64,000 bases of DNA from Eledone cirrhosa (GCA_964016885.1 OZ024741.1:61070001-61134000), one strand, 5' to 3'. Shown: positions 26,554-38,952, counted from the stretch's first letter. Made by a program: numbers and translations. Notes: a model not told the origin generated them from the sequence alone.

Positions 26554-28670
26554 GTTTCTTTTATTTGCCACCAGGGCATCAAAATTGGGACAAGTACAAT
26601 GGGGGGAGTTTACAAAACAAGGCGTCCTCAATAGGGAGGAGGCAATAACAATATATAAAAATAAAATAAAATATAACAAAAAATCAAATTTATAACAAAG
26701 TCCTCAATAGAGAGAATGCGCCTTGGGGGGGGTCGCACACACCCCCGAAAAGAAGTGTGCAACCCTTTTCCTCGGGAGCACAGAGAGGGGGTGCTCCCTT
26801 GGTCTTTCATCTTCCTCACCTATAGTCTGATGTAGAGTGAAGGCCCATTCACACCGGCCATTCTCGCCACTTTCATCCATCTTTCATAAAAACGGCTGGG
26901 GTGCAGCACCTCTCTCTCCATCCTGATCCTTCTTCCGAAATGATATCGGAAGAATCGGACCAGTTGTTGGCCAGAGAGAAAGGTGTCTGACCTCAGTCCT
27001 TTCAGACACGTCCACCATACAACCTCTTTCGCCATGGCTATTACGCACAGAAACACCGCCTCTTCTTCGTTTTTGAAGAGGGGAGGCGGCTTGATCGTTA
27101 CAATAGACTCGGTGGTAAACCGGATCGGTCCCACCCTTGACAGCAGTTGTTCGACATAGCCCCACAAATCGGCAATGCCCGAGCAGTGTACCAATGCGTG
27201 TGCAACGGTTTCCTCGTCGCACACGCATCTGGGACAGATCTTTTTCGAGGGGTCCCTACCCGGGCGCCCGTGTCTGTAGAGCCTTTCTCGAACGGGCAGA
27301 GCCCTTCTGTAGCATTGCCAGGCCAGGGACCTCTGGAAGTTGTCCATGGGTCCCGGGCTGAATGTCCTACCGAACAGGTTAGCCAGTTCGTCTTCCTCCA
27401 TGCCTAGGGCTTCTCCGAGGGCGTCGTCGCACCTGCTAACCACCAGCCCTCTATAGAATGACGAGGTGGATTCTCCACTGACAGCCGGGTCCGCCTGCCA
27501 GAGAGCCGTGAGCGCCTGGGCACACTCGGTGTGCCAGGCGCCCAGTTTTCTCGGTCTTTGCTTGACCCAGGATTGCAGCTCGGTGAGTGAGACGAGTCTG
27601 GGAAAGGCTCGTCTCACAAACGGGGCCCACACCGGTTGACCGGAGAGGAATACCTGAAGGTGCCGTAGCCTTAATGCGTGTTTACGTATCATTAGCCACG
27701 GCATCCCCAGCCCTCCTTTCGAAGGGTGTTGACAGCAGATGGATCTCCTCACCATAGGAGCCCGCTTCTTCCAAAGGAATTGGAAGAGTGCGCGCTCCAT
27801 TTTGGCGAGCGTTTCCCTTGGGCAAGGCACAACGGTCAGACGGTAGTAGATGACGGACGCTATATAAGTGTTCGCCACCTCCGCCCGACCTTTCAGGGAC
27901 AGTTTGCACTCGGCCCACTTCTGGGTCAGTGCAAACACCCTGTTCGTTACCTCACCCCAGTTCTTCTCCACCTGGAGGTCTGGTCCGAACCAGACCCCGA
28001 GCAACTTCACCGGGCCCTCCGTCCAGCGCCCGACGACGCCATCGGAGTGCATCGATCTGCCCCTCCACGTGCCGAGTTGCAGACCGATCGACTTGTCCCG
28101 GTTCAGCTTAGCCCCTGTAAACCTTTCGTACTCCTCCAGTAAGGTGCCGATCGCCCCGATTTCCGAGGCCGTCGACACCATTACTGTTACGTCATCGGCG
28201 TAGGCTGACACCGCTTTCCGCAATCCCGGTTCCAACGGGATGCCCTGCAACAACTTCAAATTCCGCAGCAGTGGCTCTAGCGTCATTACATACAGAAGGG
28301 AGGAGAGAGGGCACCCCTGTCGGATGGACCGCGCGATTTCGAACGGCTCCGAGAGGTAGCCGTTCACCTTGACCCTAGAGCAGATGCGGCTGCTGTGCAT
28401 GGCATTGATCCAGCCCCTGAAAACGGGTCCGAAGCCTGCCGCCGCTAGCACCGCATCCAGGTAACCATGGTCGACCCTATCGAATGCCTTAGATTGATCC
28501 AAGTTGATCAGGGCCCCACCAAAGCCGGGTTCGTTCCCAACCCTCTCTATGATGTATCGCATGAGGTGGAGGTTGTCGTGGATGGACCTGGACGGGATAG
28601 CACATGTCTGCGCATCTCCCACTAGGTTGCTCACGACAAGCGCCAACCCCTTTGCTAGCACCTTGGCCAA
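26554..28670 (-). mobile_element. Tx1/L1-clade non-LTR retrotransposon, copy A (5'-truncated within RT)
   Basis: Open 616-aa frame with LDQSKAFDRV, RQGCPLS, YADD and C-terminal CPRC..ETVAHALVHC; 3' UTR with AATAAA followed by (TATC)n. Confidence 0.95.
26820..28670 (-). CDS. ORF2 C-terminal part (RT plus CCHC) of copy A
   Basis: RT motifs as above; truncated at the (GATA)n junction, no native start. Confidence 0.85.
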   Translation of the reverse strand: MAKVLAKGLALVVSNLVGDAQTCAIPSRSIHDNLHLMRYIIERVGNEPGFGGALINLDQSKAFDRVDHGYLDAVLAAAGFGPVFRGWINAMHSSRICSRVKVNGYLSEPFEIARSIRQGCPLSSLLYVMTLEPLLRNLKLLQGIPLEPGLRKAVSAYADDVTVMVSTASEIGAIGTLLEEYERFTGAKLNRDKSIGLQLGTWRGRSMHSDGVVGRWTEGPVKLLGVWFGPDLQVEKNWGEVTNRVFALTQKWAECKLSLKGRAEVANTYIASVIYYRLTVVPCPRETLAKMERALFQFLWKKRAPMVRRSICCQHPSKGGLGMPWLMIRKHALRLRHLQVFLSGQPVWAPFVRRAFPRLVSLTELQSWVKQRPRKLGAWHTECAQALTALWQADPAVSGESTSSFYRGLVVSRCDDALGEALGMEEDELANLFGRTFSPGPMDNFQRSLAWQCYRRALPVRERLYRHGRPGRDPSKKICPRCVCDEETVAHALVHCSGIADLWGYVEQLLSRVGPIRFTTESIVTIKPPPLFKNEEEAVFLCVIAMAKEVVWWTCLKGLRSDTFLSGQQLVRFFRYHFGRRIRMEREVLHPSRFYERWMKVARMAGVNGPSLYIRL

Positions 28671-28932
28671 ATAGATAGATAGATAGATAGATATATTTCT
28701 TTATTAGCCACAGGGGCACAAAAGAAGGGGACAAATACAAAGGGGGAAGTTTACATACAATAAAAACGTGTAAAATGTTATCACAGATGGAATTTAAAAG
28801 TTAGTCGATTTTCCCCAATAGAGGGAGACAGTTTATATGGGTAACACATACCCCCGAAAAAAATGTGCAACCCTCATCTCCAGGAGTACGAAGAGCTTGT
28901 ACTCCTTTCCTCTCCTCCTCCTTTTCCTCAAT

Positions 28933-31900
28933 CTACAGGCTGATATAGAGAGAAGGCCCATTCACTCGGGCCATTCTCGCCACTTTCACCCACCTTTCAT
29001 AAAACTTGCTGGGGTACAGCACCTCTCTCTCCATCCTGATTCTTCTTCCAAAGTGGTATTTGAAAAAAAGAATCAGTTGTTGGCCGGAGAGAAAGGTGTC
29101 TGACCTCAGCCCTTTCAACCTTGTCCACCATACAACCTCTTTCGCCATAGCTATCACACAAAGGAAAACCGCCTCTCCTTCGTTTTTGAAGGAGGGTGGC
29201 GGTTTGATCATGACAATGGACTCGGTGGTCAACTGGATTGGTCCCACCCGCGACAATAGTCGTTCTACATATCCCCACAGGTCAGTGACGCCCGGGCAGT
29301 GTATGAATGCGTGCGCGACGGTTTCTTCGTCTCGCACGCACCTCGGACAGATCTTTTTTGCAGGGTCCCTGCCCGGGCGCCCATGTCTGTAGAGTTTGTC
29401 TCGAACTGGTAGAGCTCTTCGGTAGCACTGCCAGGCCAGGGACTTTTGGAAGTTGTCCATCGGTCCCGGGCGGAAGGTCCTACCGAACAGACTGGCCAGT
29501 TCATCTTCCTCCACGCCTAGAGTTTCACCGAGCGCGTCGTCGCACTTGCTGCGGACCAACCCTCTATAGAATGACGAAGTGGAGTCTCCACTGATCGCCG
29601 GGTCCGCCTGCCAGAGGGCTGTGAGCGCCTGAGCACATTCGATGTGCCAGTCGCCCATTTTCCTCGGTCTCTGCTTGACCCAGGACTGCAGCTCGGTCAG
29701 TGAGACGAGTCGTGGGAAGGCTCGCCTCACGAACGGGGCCCACACCGGTTGTCCGGTGAGGAATACGTAGAGATGCCGCAGCCTGAGCGCGTGTTTGCGC
29801 ATCGTCAACCACGGCATCCCCAGCCCTCCGTTAGAAGGGTGTTGGCAGCAGATGGATCTTCTTACCAAAGGAGCCCGCCTCTTCCAAAGGAATCGGAAGA
29901 GGGCGCGCTCCATTTTGGTGAGCGTTTTGGCTGGACAAGGCACGACGGTCAAGCGGTAGTAGATGGCGGACGCTATAAAAGTGTTCGCCACCTCCGCTCG
30001 ACCTTTCAAGGATAGTTTGCACTCGGCCCACTTCTGGGTGAGTGCAAACACCTTGGCCGTCACTTCGTTCCAGTTCTTCTCCACCTGGAGGTCCGGACCA
30101 AACCAGACCCCGAGCAGCTTTACCGGTCCTTCCGTCCAGCGTCCGACGACGCCATCGGAAGGCATCGGTCTGCCTCTCCACGATCCGAGTTGCAAACCGA
30201 TGGACTTGTCCCGGTTCAGCTTCGCTCCTGTGAGACTTTCGTATTCCTTTAGTAAGGTGCCGACTTTCTCGATTTGCGAGGCGCTCGACACCATTACTGT
30301 CACGTCGTCGGCGTAGGCCGACGCCGCTTTCCGCAGTCCCGGTTCCAGAGGGATGCCCTGCAATAGCTCCAGCTTCCGCAGTAGTGGCTCGAGAGTCAGT
30401 ACGTACAGAAGGGAGGAGAGAGGGCATCCCTGTCGAATGGATCGCGTAATATGGAACGGCTCCGAGAGGTAACCGTTCACCTTGACCCTTGAGCAGATGT
30501 TGCTGTTGTGCATTGCAGCAATCCAGCCCCTGAACACGGGTCCGAAGCCTGCCGCCTCGAGCACCGCATCCAGGTAACGATGGTCAACCCTATCGAAAGC
30601 CTTAGACTGATCCAAGTTGATCAGGGCCCCACCGAAGCCGGGTTTACACCCTACCCTCTCTATGATGTATCGCATGAGGTGGAGGTTGTCGTGTATGGAC
30701 CTGGTCGGGATCGCGCATGTCTGCGCTTCTCCCACCAGGTTCTCGACGACAAGCGCCAGCCTCTTTGCCAACACCTTGGCCAAAATCTGTAACTCTGTGT
30801 TTAGCAGAGTTATGGGCCGGAAGTTGCCTATGTCATCCCCCTTATTCTCGTCCTTCCTGATTAGTGTGACCACGCTCCCGGTTACAGAACTGGGAATTCT
30901 CCCGTTCTGTTGCCAGTTGCAGTAGACCGCTTCCAGGAGACCGGAGAATAAGTCCGGCATTGCTACGTAAAATTCGTAGGGTAGACCGTCGAGACCTGGA
31001 GATTTGCGTTTGCCGCATTGGCTCAGCGCGTCCCCTATCTCAGTGGCTGAAATCGGCTTTTCGCAGAACTTCGCTGTCCGAGAGTCGCGGTAGGCCGTCG
31101 AGGTATGGACCGAAATCCATAGCCTCTCCCGGCGCGCCGCTCCCCCCGAACAGCCGAGCAAAGTGCCGCTGAAAAGCCGCACACATCTGCTTCGGCTCAC
31201 GTATCACGCGTCCGTTTTGGTCCTTCAAAGACCGAATCGTGGACTTGTTGCCACTTTTTGCCTCCGTCACTCGGGCCCAGCTAACAGCTTTGGCTCCCTC
31301 GTTTCCCAGAGCACGTATTTTGCTTCTGACAACGCAGCCCTCGTGCTTCGCGTCGAAGAACTGGTCCAAGGCCGTTCTCGTTGCTAGCACGCTGGCTACG
31401 TTGCCACTTCTAATAGCCTCTTCTACTTTATCTACCAGTTCCTTCTCGGTTCTATTTCTATCTAACGGTAATTCTTTACTAAAAACTATCGAGTCTAATC
31501 TAACTGCCCTCTTGAGAGAGTACCACCATCTGTTGTTGACAATGGCCCCTGTCAAGTGCTGTTTAACTAAAGTGCTAATCCGTCTACTGTAGGCTTTGCT
31601 TGTCGGTAACGACAAGTTCAGCTTCCAGTAGCCGGGTCCTTGTCTATGGGTTCTATCAAGGTTGGCCATGCAGGTCACTAGTTTGTGATCTGAATAGGCA
31701 ACCATGAACATTTGTGGACAGCTTAACATGTCCCTATCCTTATTTCTAACTAGAACCCTATCTAGGTACGATCTAGATGTTCCGCTACGATTACTCCACG
31801 TCCACAGTGGCGCAGTCGGAAAATCTAGTCGATAACTATCGGCCAGGTCAAATCGGTCGATTAACTGTTTGAGGCTGTTACACCCCCCTTTATCGGGACA

Positions 31901-32365
31901 TGCTCCCACATAGTCCCAACGTGCATCTAGGATTCCATTCCAGTCCCCCACTAAAAGCAAGGAGCGGGACGTTCCCAGAAAAGTCTCTAGACGTTTGAAG
32001 AAGTCTGGCCGCGGTGTCCCGGATGGGGCATATGCGGCCACCAGCCTGAACGCTCCACCTTCACTACCGTCAACGTCTAGGACCACCAGTCGACCCTCCG
32101 GGTCCAGATGAACCGTCTGTGTTACGAGGCCCAGGTGTTTCCGCAGCAAAACGGCAACTCCGCCCCCACCCCCCGGTTGACAGAGAGATGCGTAGATCTC
32201 AAAGTCATCGAAGATGGGGGCCAGCTGTCGCTCGCCGTGGATCCTGGACTCGCAAATGGCTACCACATCCAAACTGTGCGACCTGAGGTCGTTTAAGAGT
32301 TTGCCCTGTTTCCAGGGCATCCCCAGGCCGCGTACGTTCACACATCCAACTCTTATATTGGCCAT
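28933..32365 (-). pseudogene. ORF2 of copy B (APE endonuclease, RT, CCHC) with one frameshift near 31070
   Basis: NVRGL, ICESR, GDWNG, YLDRVLV, SDHKLV (APE); KSPGLDG, FRPITLLN, YADD (RT); split into 441-aa and 755-aa ORFs. Confidence 0.9.
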
Positions 32366-32398
32366 GTTGGTGCTGAAAAGTTAAAAGAGGAAAAGAGA

Positions 32399-34315
32399 TC
32401 ACTCACCCTTCGCCTCCTGGGGACCAGGCCGCACGATTTCCATGGGGGTGTTGGAGGGGTTGTCTGGATGGGTGGTGGTTTCCGGCGGGGTGGGGACGCA
32501 GATGTTTGGTGGGGTGGGATCTGGTGGGATGGGGGTGTCTGGGGTGGGGAGGCATTTGAGAAGGACGCGGTTGAGTGGTTTCACGCAGGAATTCCCCACA
32601 TCCTTCTCAAATGTTTCTTTTAGGGACCTATAAGTTTGTATAGGGACCCTAATCAGTTTTAGGTTCATTTTTTTGCTATTTTTTATAGAGTGGGCGAAAG
32701 TTTTCCCTTCGGTGAAAACCGAAGGGTCGTTCGTAATGGTCTCCATTAGTGTTTTGTTTTCAGTGTTTATGTAAGTGTAAGTGTAATTTTCTTGTGTTGT
32801 GTTTGTTTTTGTCTGTAGTTCTTGTGTGTGCTTTCGTTTTGTTGTAGGTATTTTGTTTTCAGGAGGTGGAGGTTTTGTTTGTGATATTTTTGTTGTTTGT
32901 GTTGGTGGTTGTATGTTTGTGGTAGTGTTTGCTGGTTTTTTGCTTTTGTGATGTCTTTTCTTTCTTTTCGAGCGATGGGGTTCTCCCTCGTCTTCACTGG
33001 GTGATGGCGAGATAGCCTCATCTGTTGTATCGTCTGTGTGATTGGGGAGGGGTATGTCTTGGGGAGCTGTTGTGTCTGTATGTGATTTTGCAGTGGTTTT
33101 AGGTGGAGTGAGGTTGGGTGGGACTGTGTTTGTTGTGGTTATTTTTGTGTGTTGGTGTTGTTGTTGTAGTTGTGGTGTTGGTGGTTGTGTTGTTTTGATG
33201 GGTGTTGGCAGAAGAGCCTTTTTTTGGTTCATTAGTTTAGGACAGGAAGCCCTCAGGTGACCCCTGCTAAAGAAATGGTAACATGAAGGCCGCCTACCCT
33301 CAACCGAAAGGTTTATGTAGGTAAGTCCGTCCAGGAGTACACGCTGTGGGATCATAGCTATTCGCTCTGGGCTCATTTGCACCAGAACTTCAATGCTAGT
33401 CCCATTGAATACATCTCTAGGGGACTTGCCTACTGACAGTATTCTGTCTTCATCAAAATTGATGAAGCCGCACAGTATCCACCATATGTTCACCTTTGGT
33501 GTGACACTTGTGATTCTGATCTTTTGTGTCCTTTTTCCCATGTATGTAGGGAAAAAGGTGTACAGGTTGGATACAATTGGCGACACAGAGTAATTTTGGG
33601 CCTTCAATTGATCCTTCATCAGTACCGAAATACTCCCAAAAAGTTTGCTTCTTTGAATGAATGCAATATCATTCATTGAATCTTTGAAAACCAGTTCAAT
33701 ATCTTTCTGTGACAATTGGACTGGTTTTCGGGTAGAATTGGAAACTGTCCTAAAAACTATCGTTTTGAGAGCAGTTTCCTTGCGAATTTCTACCGGAGAA
33801 TTGATGCTGAAAGCACCATTTTTTTCGAAGGTGACATATCTCTTAGCGTCCTTTAAAAGGTGTTCACCATTTGTTATGTCGAGATATATCAATTGTTCTT
33901 TCTTTTGAACTTTCTCCGCAAAGGAGATTTTTGGTTTCTTTGTGGAATCCGTATTGGTGGTGTTGTCATTATTGTTGTTATTCTTGTTGATATTCTTGTT
34001 GTCACCGATGTTGGTATCATCCGTATTTTCCTTGGTGTTGTTGTTGTCTTTGATGCTGGTGTTATTGGCGTTGTCTTTATTTTTTTCTTTGTTGTTGTTA
34101 TCATTGTTGCTTTTATCATCATTATTGGTTTTGCTGTTATTTTTGTTGTCATTGAGCTGTTTGGTGTCATTTGTGTTGTTTGGATGTGAATTCGTTTTTT
34201 TATTTTCATTTTGTCTTTCCATCTCTATAGTATCTAGTGAAGAAGACGTTGTTGACTGCGAGCTTTGTAGTCTTACCGCCTCTCCACCACCATTATCGTT
34301 GGACGCAGCGTTCAT
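32399..34315 (-). CDS. ORF1 of copy B (gag-like nucleic-acid-binding protein; zinc knuckle mutated)
   Basis: 638 aa; SFAEKV motif, VEGRRPSCYHFFSRGHLRASC (second Cys replaced by Phe), Asn/Thr/Pro-rich tails; homologous to 38953-40848. Confidence 0.85.
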   Translation of the reverse strand: MNAASNDNGGGEAVRLQSSQSTTSSSLDTIEMERQNENKKTNSHPNNTNDTKQLNDNKNNSKTNNDDKSNNDNNNKEKNKDNANNTSIKDNNNTKENTDDTNIGDNKNINKNNNNNDNTTNTDSTKKPKISFAEKVQKKEQLIYLDITNGEHLLKDAKRYVTFEKNGAFSINSPVEIRKETALKTIVFRTVSNSTRKPVQLSQKDIELVFKDSMNDIAFIQRSKLFGSISVLMKDQLKAQNYSVSPIVSNLYTFFPTYMGKRTQKIRITSVTPKVNIWWILCGFINFDEDRILSVGKSPRDVFNGTSIEVLVQMSPERIAMIPQRVLLDGLTYINLSVEGRRPSCYHFFSRGHLRASCPKLMNQKKALLPTPIKTTQPPTPQLQQQHQHTKITTTNTVPPNLTPPKTTAKSHTDTTAPQDIPLPNHTDDTTDEAISPSPSEDEGEPHRSKRKKRHHKSKKPANTTTNIQPPTQTTKISQTKPPPPENKIPTTKRKHTQELQTKTNTTQENYTYTYINTENKTLMETITNDPSVFTEGKTFAHSIKNSKKMNLKLIRVPIQTYRSLKETFEKDVGNSCVKPLNRVLLKCLPTPDTPIPPDPTPPNICVPTPPETTTHPDNPSNTPMEIVRPGPQEAKGE

Positions 34316-34532
34316 AACGTAATCAAAATTTTACAATATTTTTTCCAAGATTCGATGGAGAAAAATTTTTTAAATGGATATTCCGCCCCTGAAGGGGCGA
34401 AAATGAGTTGACCCACCACCTGAAGGTCCAGACGGGTGGTCAAGTTACACAATGATATAAAATTGAACTAAAAACTCACGTTTTTTCCTTACATAAATTA
34501 ACGGAAACTTCTCCGCGAAGTGACACACGACT

Positions 34533-34539
34533 GATAGAG

Positions 34540-34603
<64 letters not shown>

Positions 34604-34660
34604 TTCTTTATTAGCCACAAGGGCGCAACAAGAAAGGGGACAATACAAAGACATGCCGGG

Positions 34661-34753
<93 letters not shown>

Positions 34754-34796
34754 ACAGATACATATATAGATAGATAGATAGGTAGGTAGATAGATA
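34533..34796. repeat. (GATA)n tracts enclosing Tx1 copy C
   Basis: Direct reading. Confidence 0.95.
34603..34660 (-). mobile_element. Tx1 copy C (58-bp extreme 3'-end stub)
   Basis: tttctttattagccacaagggc..aaggggacaatacaa matches the 3' terminus of copy B (28696-28740). Confidence 0.8.
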
Positions 34797-35251
34797 TCTT
34801 TCTTTATTTTCCACAGGAGTGTACAAAAATGGGACATTACAAGACGGGGGTTTTACATAAAAATCATATAACTTTAACATTAATAAATAACAATAAACTA
34901 TATATAATAAAATTACAATTGAAAAACCCAGTAGGGGGGAACGTTACTGCAGGGTTGTTTTACACCCCGTGGATAGAACAACCCTCAACACCAGGAACTC
35001 GTTTTGTAGGTGTTCCTGTCTTCCCTCTGTTTATCTTCCTCAAACTACAGGTTTATATACAGAGAAGGCCCATCCACTCGGGCCATTTTCGCCACATTTA
35101 CCCACCTTTCAGCGAATTTACTGGGGTGTAGCACCTCTCTCTCCACTCTCACCTTCCTTCTGAAGTGGTACTTAAAGAAGGGGATAAGTTGTTGTCCGGA
35201 GAGAAAGGTGTTTGCCCTCAGTCCTTTTCACCTCGTCCACCATATTACCTC
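34797..35251 (-). mobile_element. Tx1 copy D (455-bp 3' fragment)
   Basis: Encodes EVIWWTR..ERWVNVAKMARVDGPSLYINL* plus a 3' UTR with AATAAA; bounded by GATA repeats. Confidence 0.9.
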
Positions 35252-35492
35252 GATAAGTAGATAAATAGATAGATAGATTTCTTTATTTACCATAAAGGCA
35301 TAAAAAGAAGGGACAAATACAAAGGGGGAGTTTACATATAATCGAGTAAAAAGGGTGTAACATGAAAATAATCGAAAATAACCTCAAAAGGGAGGGGACG
35401 TGATGGGGGTTGCACACACCCCCGAAAAAGTGTGCAATCCTTTGCCCGGGTAGCACATGGAGAAGGTGCTCCCCTCTCCTTTACTTCTTTAC

Positions 35493-38400
35493 CTACAGGA
35501 TGGTATACAGAGAAGGCCCATTTACACGAGCCATTCTCGCCACTATCACCCACCTTTCATAAAACTGCCTGTGGCCAAGCACCTCTCTCTCCATTCTTAT
35601 CCTTCTTCCGAAGTGATATCGGAAGAAGTAGACCAGACTATGGCCAGAGAGGAAGTTGCCTGACCTCAGACCTTTCAATCGTGTCCACCAAACAACCTCT
35701 TTCAACATGGCTATTACGCACAGAAAAACCGCCTTTGCTTCCTTTGTGAAGAGAGGAGGCGGTTTGATTGTCATCACGGACTCGGCGGTCAATTTAATCG
35801 GCGCCACCCGCGACAGCAGTTGTTCGGCGTAGCCCCACAGATCAGCCACGCCCGGACATTGCACCAATGCGTGCGCAACGGTTTCTTCGTGACGCACGCA
35901 TCTAGGGCAAATCTTTTTTGAGGGATCCCTGCCCGGGCGCCCGTGTCTGTAGAGCCTCTCTCGAACGGGTAGAGCCCCCCGGTAGCACTGCCAGGCCAGT
36001 GACTTCTGGAAGTTGTCCATTGGTCCTGGGCCGAAAGTCCTACCGAACAGGCTGGCCAGTTCGTCTTCTTCCATGTCCAGCGACTCTCCAAGGGTGTCAT
36101 CGCCCCTGCTAGCCACCAGCCCTCTATAGAATGCTGAGGTGGATTCTCCACCGATGGCCCGGCCCGCTTGCCAGAGAGCCCTGAGCGCCTGAGCACACTC
36201 AGTGTGCCAGTCTCCCAGTTTTCCGGATCTTTGCTTGACCCAGGACTGTAGCTCGGTGAGCGAGACGAGTCTCGGAAAGGCTCGTTTCACGAACGGAGCC
36301 CACACCGGTTGACCAGTGAGGAATACCTGTAGGTGCCGTAGCCTTACGCATTATCAACCACGGCATCCCCAGCCCTCCTTTCGAAGGTTGTTGGCAGCAG
36401 ATGGATCTTCTCACCATAGGAGGACGCTTCTTCCAAAGAAATTGGAAGAGCATGCGTTCCATGGTGGTGAGTGTTTCCTTAGGGCAAGGCACGACAGTCA
36501 GGCGGTAGTAAGTGACGGACGCTATGTAAATGTTCGCCACCTCCGCCCGGCCTTTTAGGGACAGCTTACACTTGGCCCATTTCTGGGTTAGTGCAAACAC
36601 CTTGTTCGTAACCTCGTTCCAGTTCTTTTCCACCTGGAGGTTCGGTCCAAACCAGACCCCAAGCAACTTTACCGGGCCCTCCGTCCAGTGTCCGACGACA
36701 CCGTCAGGAGGCATCGGTCTGCCTCTCCACGTTCCGAGTTGCAGCCCGATGGATTTTTCCCGGTTCAGTTTCGCTCCTGACAACCTTTCGTACTCCTCCA
36801 GTAAGGTACCGATCGCCTCGATCTCCGAGTCGGTCGATACCATTACTGTTACGTCATCGGCGTAGGCCGACACCGCTTTGCTCAATCGTGGTTCCAGGGG
36901 GATACCCTGCAACAACTCCAACTTCCTCAGTAAAGGCTCGAGAGTCAATACGTACAGAAGGGAGGAGAGAGGGCACCCCTGTCGAATGGATCGTGTGATT
37001 TCGAACGGCTTCGAAAGGTAGCCGTTCACCTTGATCCTAGAACAGATGTGGTTGCTATGTAGGGCAGTGATCCAGCCTCTGAAAACAGGACCGAACCCAG
37101 CCGCCGCTAGCACCGCATCCAGGTAACCATGGTCGACCCTATCGAAGGCCTTAGACTGATCTAAGTTGATCAGGGCCCCACCGAAGCCGGGTTTGTTGCC
37201 AACCCTCTCTATGATGTATCGCATGAGGTGGAGGTTATCGTGAATGGACCTGGATGGGATAGCACATGTCTGCGCATCTCCCACCAGGCCTCCCACGACA
37301 AGCACCAACCTCTTTGCTAACACCTTGGCCAAAATCTTTAACTCTGTGTTTAGCAGGGTTATGGGCCGAAAATTATTTATATTATCCCCCTTGTTCTCGT
37401 CCTTCCTCACCAGCGTGACTACGCCCTTGGCTACAGAACAAGGAATTCTCCCGTTCTGCTGCCAATTGCAGTAGACCGCTTCGAGGAGTTCGGAGAAGAA
37501 GACCGGCTTTGCTAAATAAAGTTCGTAAGGTATACCATCGAGACCTGGAGATTTGCGTCTGCTGCATTGGCTCAGCGCATCTCCGATCTCATCAGCCGAG
37601 ATTGGTCCCTCGCAGGACTCTGCCTCTTCGTTCGAGAGACGCGGCAGGTCGTCGAGGTATGGACCGAAATCCACGCCCCCGCCTGGACCCTCGCCTCCCC
37701 CGAACAATCGGGCAAAGTGCCTTTGAAAGGCCTCGCACATCTGCTTAGGCTCCCGGATCACCCGTCCATCTTCGTCTTGCAACGACCGGATGGTGGATCG
37801 ATTTCCACTCTTAGCTTCTGTCACGCGGGCCCATCCAACGGCTTTGGCCCCCTCATTACCTAGAGCACGTATTTTACTTCGAATGACGCAGCCTTCGTGC
37901 TTTGCATCGAAAAACTGGTTCAAGGCCGTCCTCGATGCCAGCACTCTGGCCACATCTTCGCTCTTGATTGCCTCTTCCAATTTACCTGTTAATTCTTTCT
38001 CGTTTCTATTCCTATCGGCAGCTAACATCTTGCTATAACTTATTGATTCTGTTCTAATCTCTCTTTTGAGAGATGCCCACCATCGGTTGTTGACGATTGC
38101 ACCCGTCAACCTCTCCTTAACTAATCTGCTAATCCGGTTTCTGTAAGTCTCTTTTGCCGGTAAAGACAAATTAAGTTTCCAGTAACCGGGACCCTGTCTA
38201 TGTGTTTTCTCGAGATTGACCACGCAGGTCACTAATTTGTGATCCGTGTAGCCAACCGTGCGCATTTCTGGACAGCTTAATATGTCCCTATCCTTACTTC
38301 TAACTAAGAATCTATCTAAGTACGATCTAGATTGACCACTGTGGTTTCTCCAAGTCCAGGTAGGCACAGTTGGAAAATCTAGTCGATATCTATCGACCAA

Positions 38401-38919
38401 GTTAAAACGGTCGAGTAACCCCTTGAGGCTGTTACACCCCCCTCTATTAGGACATGCTCCTGCATAGTCCCAACGTGCATCCAGGATGTCATTCCAATCC
38501 CCCGCTAGAAGCAGGGAACGCGACGTTCCCAGAAAAGTCTCCAAACGCTGGAAGAAGTCGGGCCGTTCAGCTCCGAAAGGGGAGTAGACGGCGACCAGTC
38601 TCAAGGCCGCACTTTCACTACTGCCAACGTCTAGCACCAACAAACGACCCTCCGGGTCCGAGTGCACAACCTGTACGGCAAGACCCAGGTGTTTTTGCAG
38701 CAGTACGACAACCCCACCCCCACCTCCAGGTTGACAGAGAGATGCATGCACCTCAAAGTCATCGAAGGTGGGGGCCAGCTGCCGCACGACGCTGATTCGA
38801 GTCTCACAGATAACCATTACATTTATACTACATGACCTGAGGTCATTTAGAAGCTTTGCTTGCTTCCAAGTTGAGCCCAGGCCACGTGCATTCAAACATC
38901 CTACTCTTAACACATCCAT
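35493..38919 (-). pseudogene. ORF2 of copy E (APE, RT, CCHC) with an 11-nt deletion frameshift near 36344
   Basis: 906-aa and 270-aa ORFs; comparison with copy A shows loss of ttaatgcgtgt. Confidence 0.9.
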
Positions 38920-38952
38920 GTGGGCGGCAGAGCCAAAGGAGAGTGTAGAGAC

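Larger units (their letters stand above)
28696..34532 (-). mobile_element. Tx1/L1-clade non-LTR retrotransposon, copy B (full length, ~5.8 kb)
   Basis: 5' UTR, ORF1, APE-RT-CCHC ORF2, 3' UTR with AATAAA; bounded by (GATA)n on both sides. Confidence 0.95.

Noticed and set aside
32373-32406. 34-nt GT-AG intron fusing ORF1 to ORF2 in copy B
   Set aside because: Very short for a spliceosomal intron, and the join would be out of frame with the ORF2 ATG
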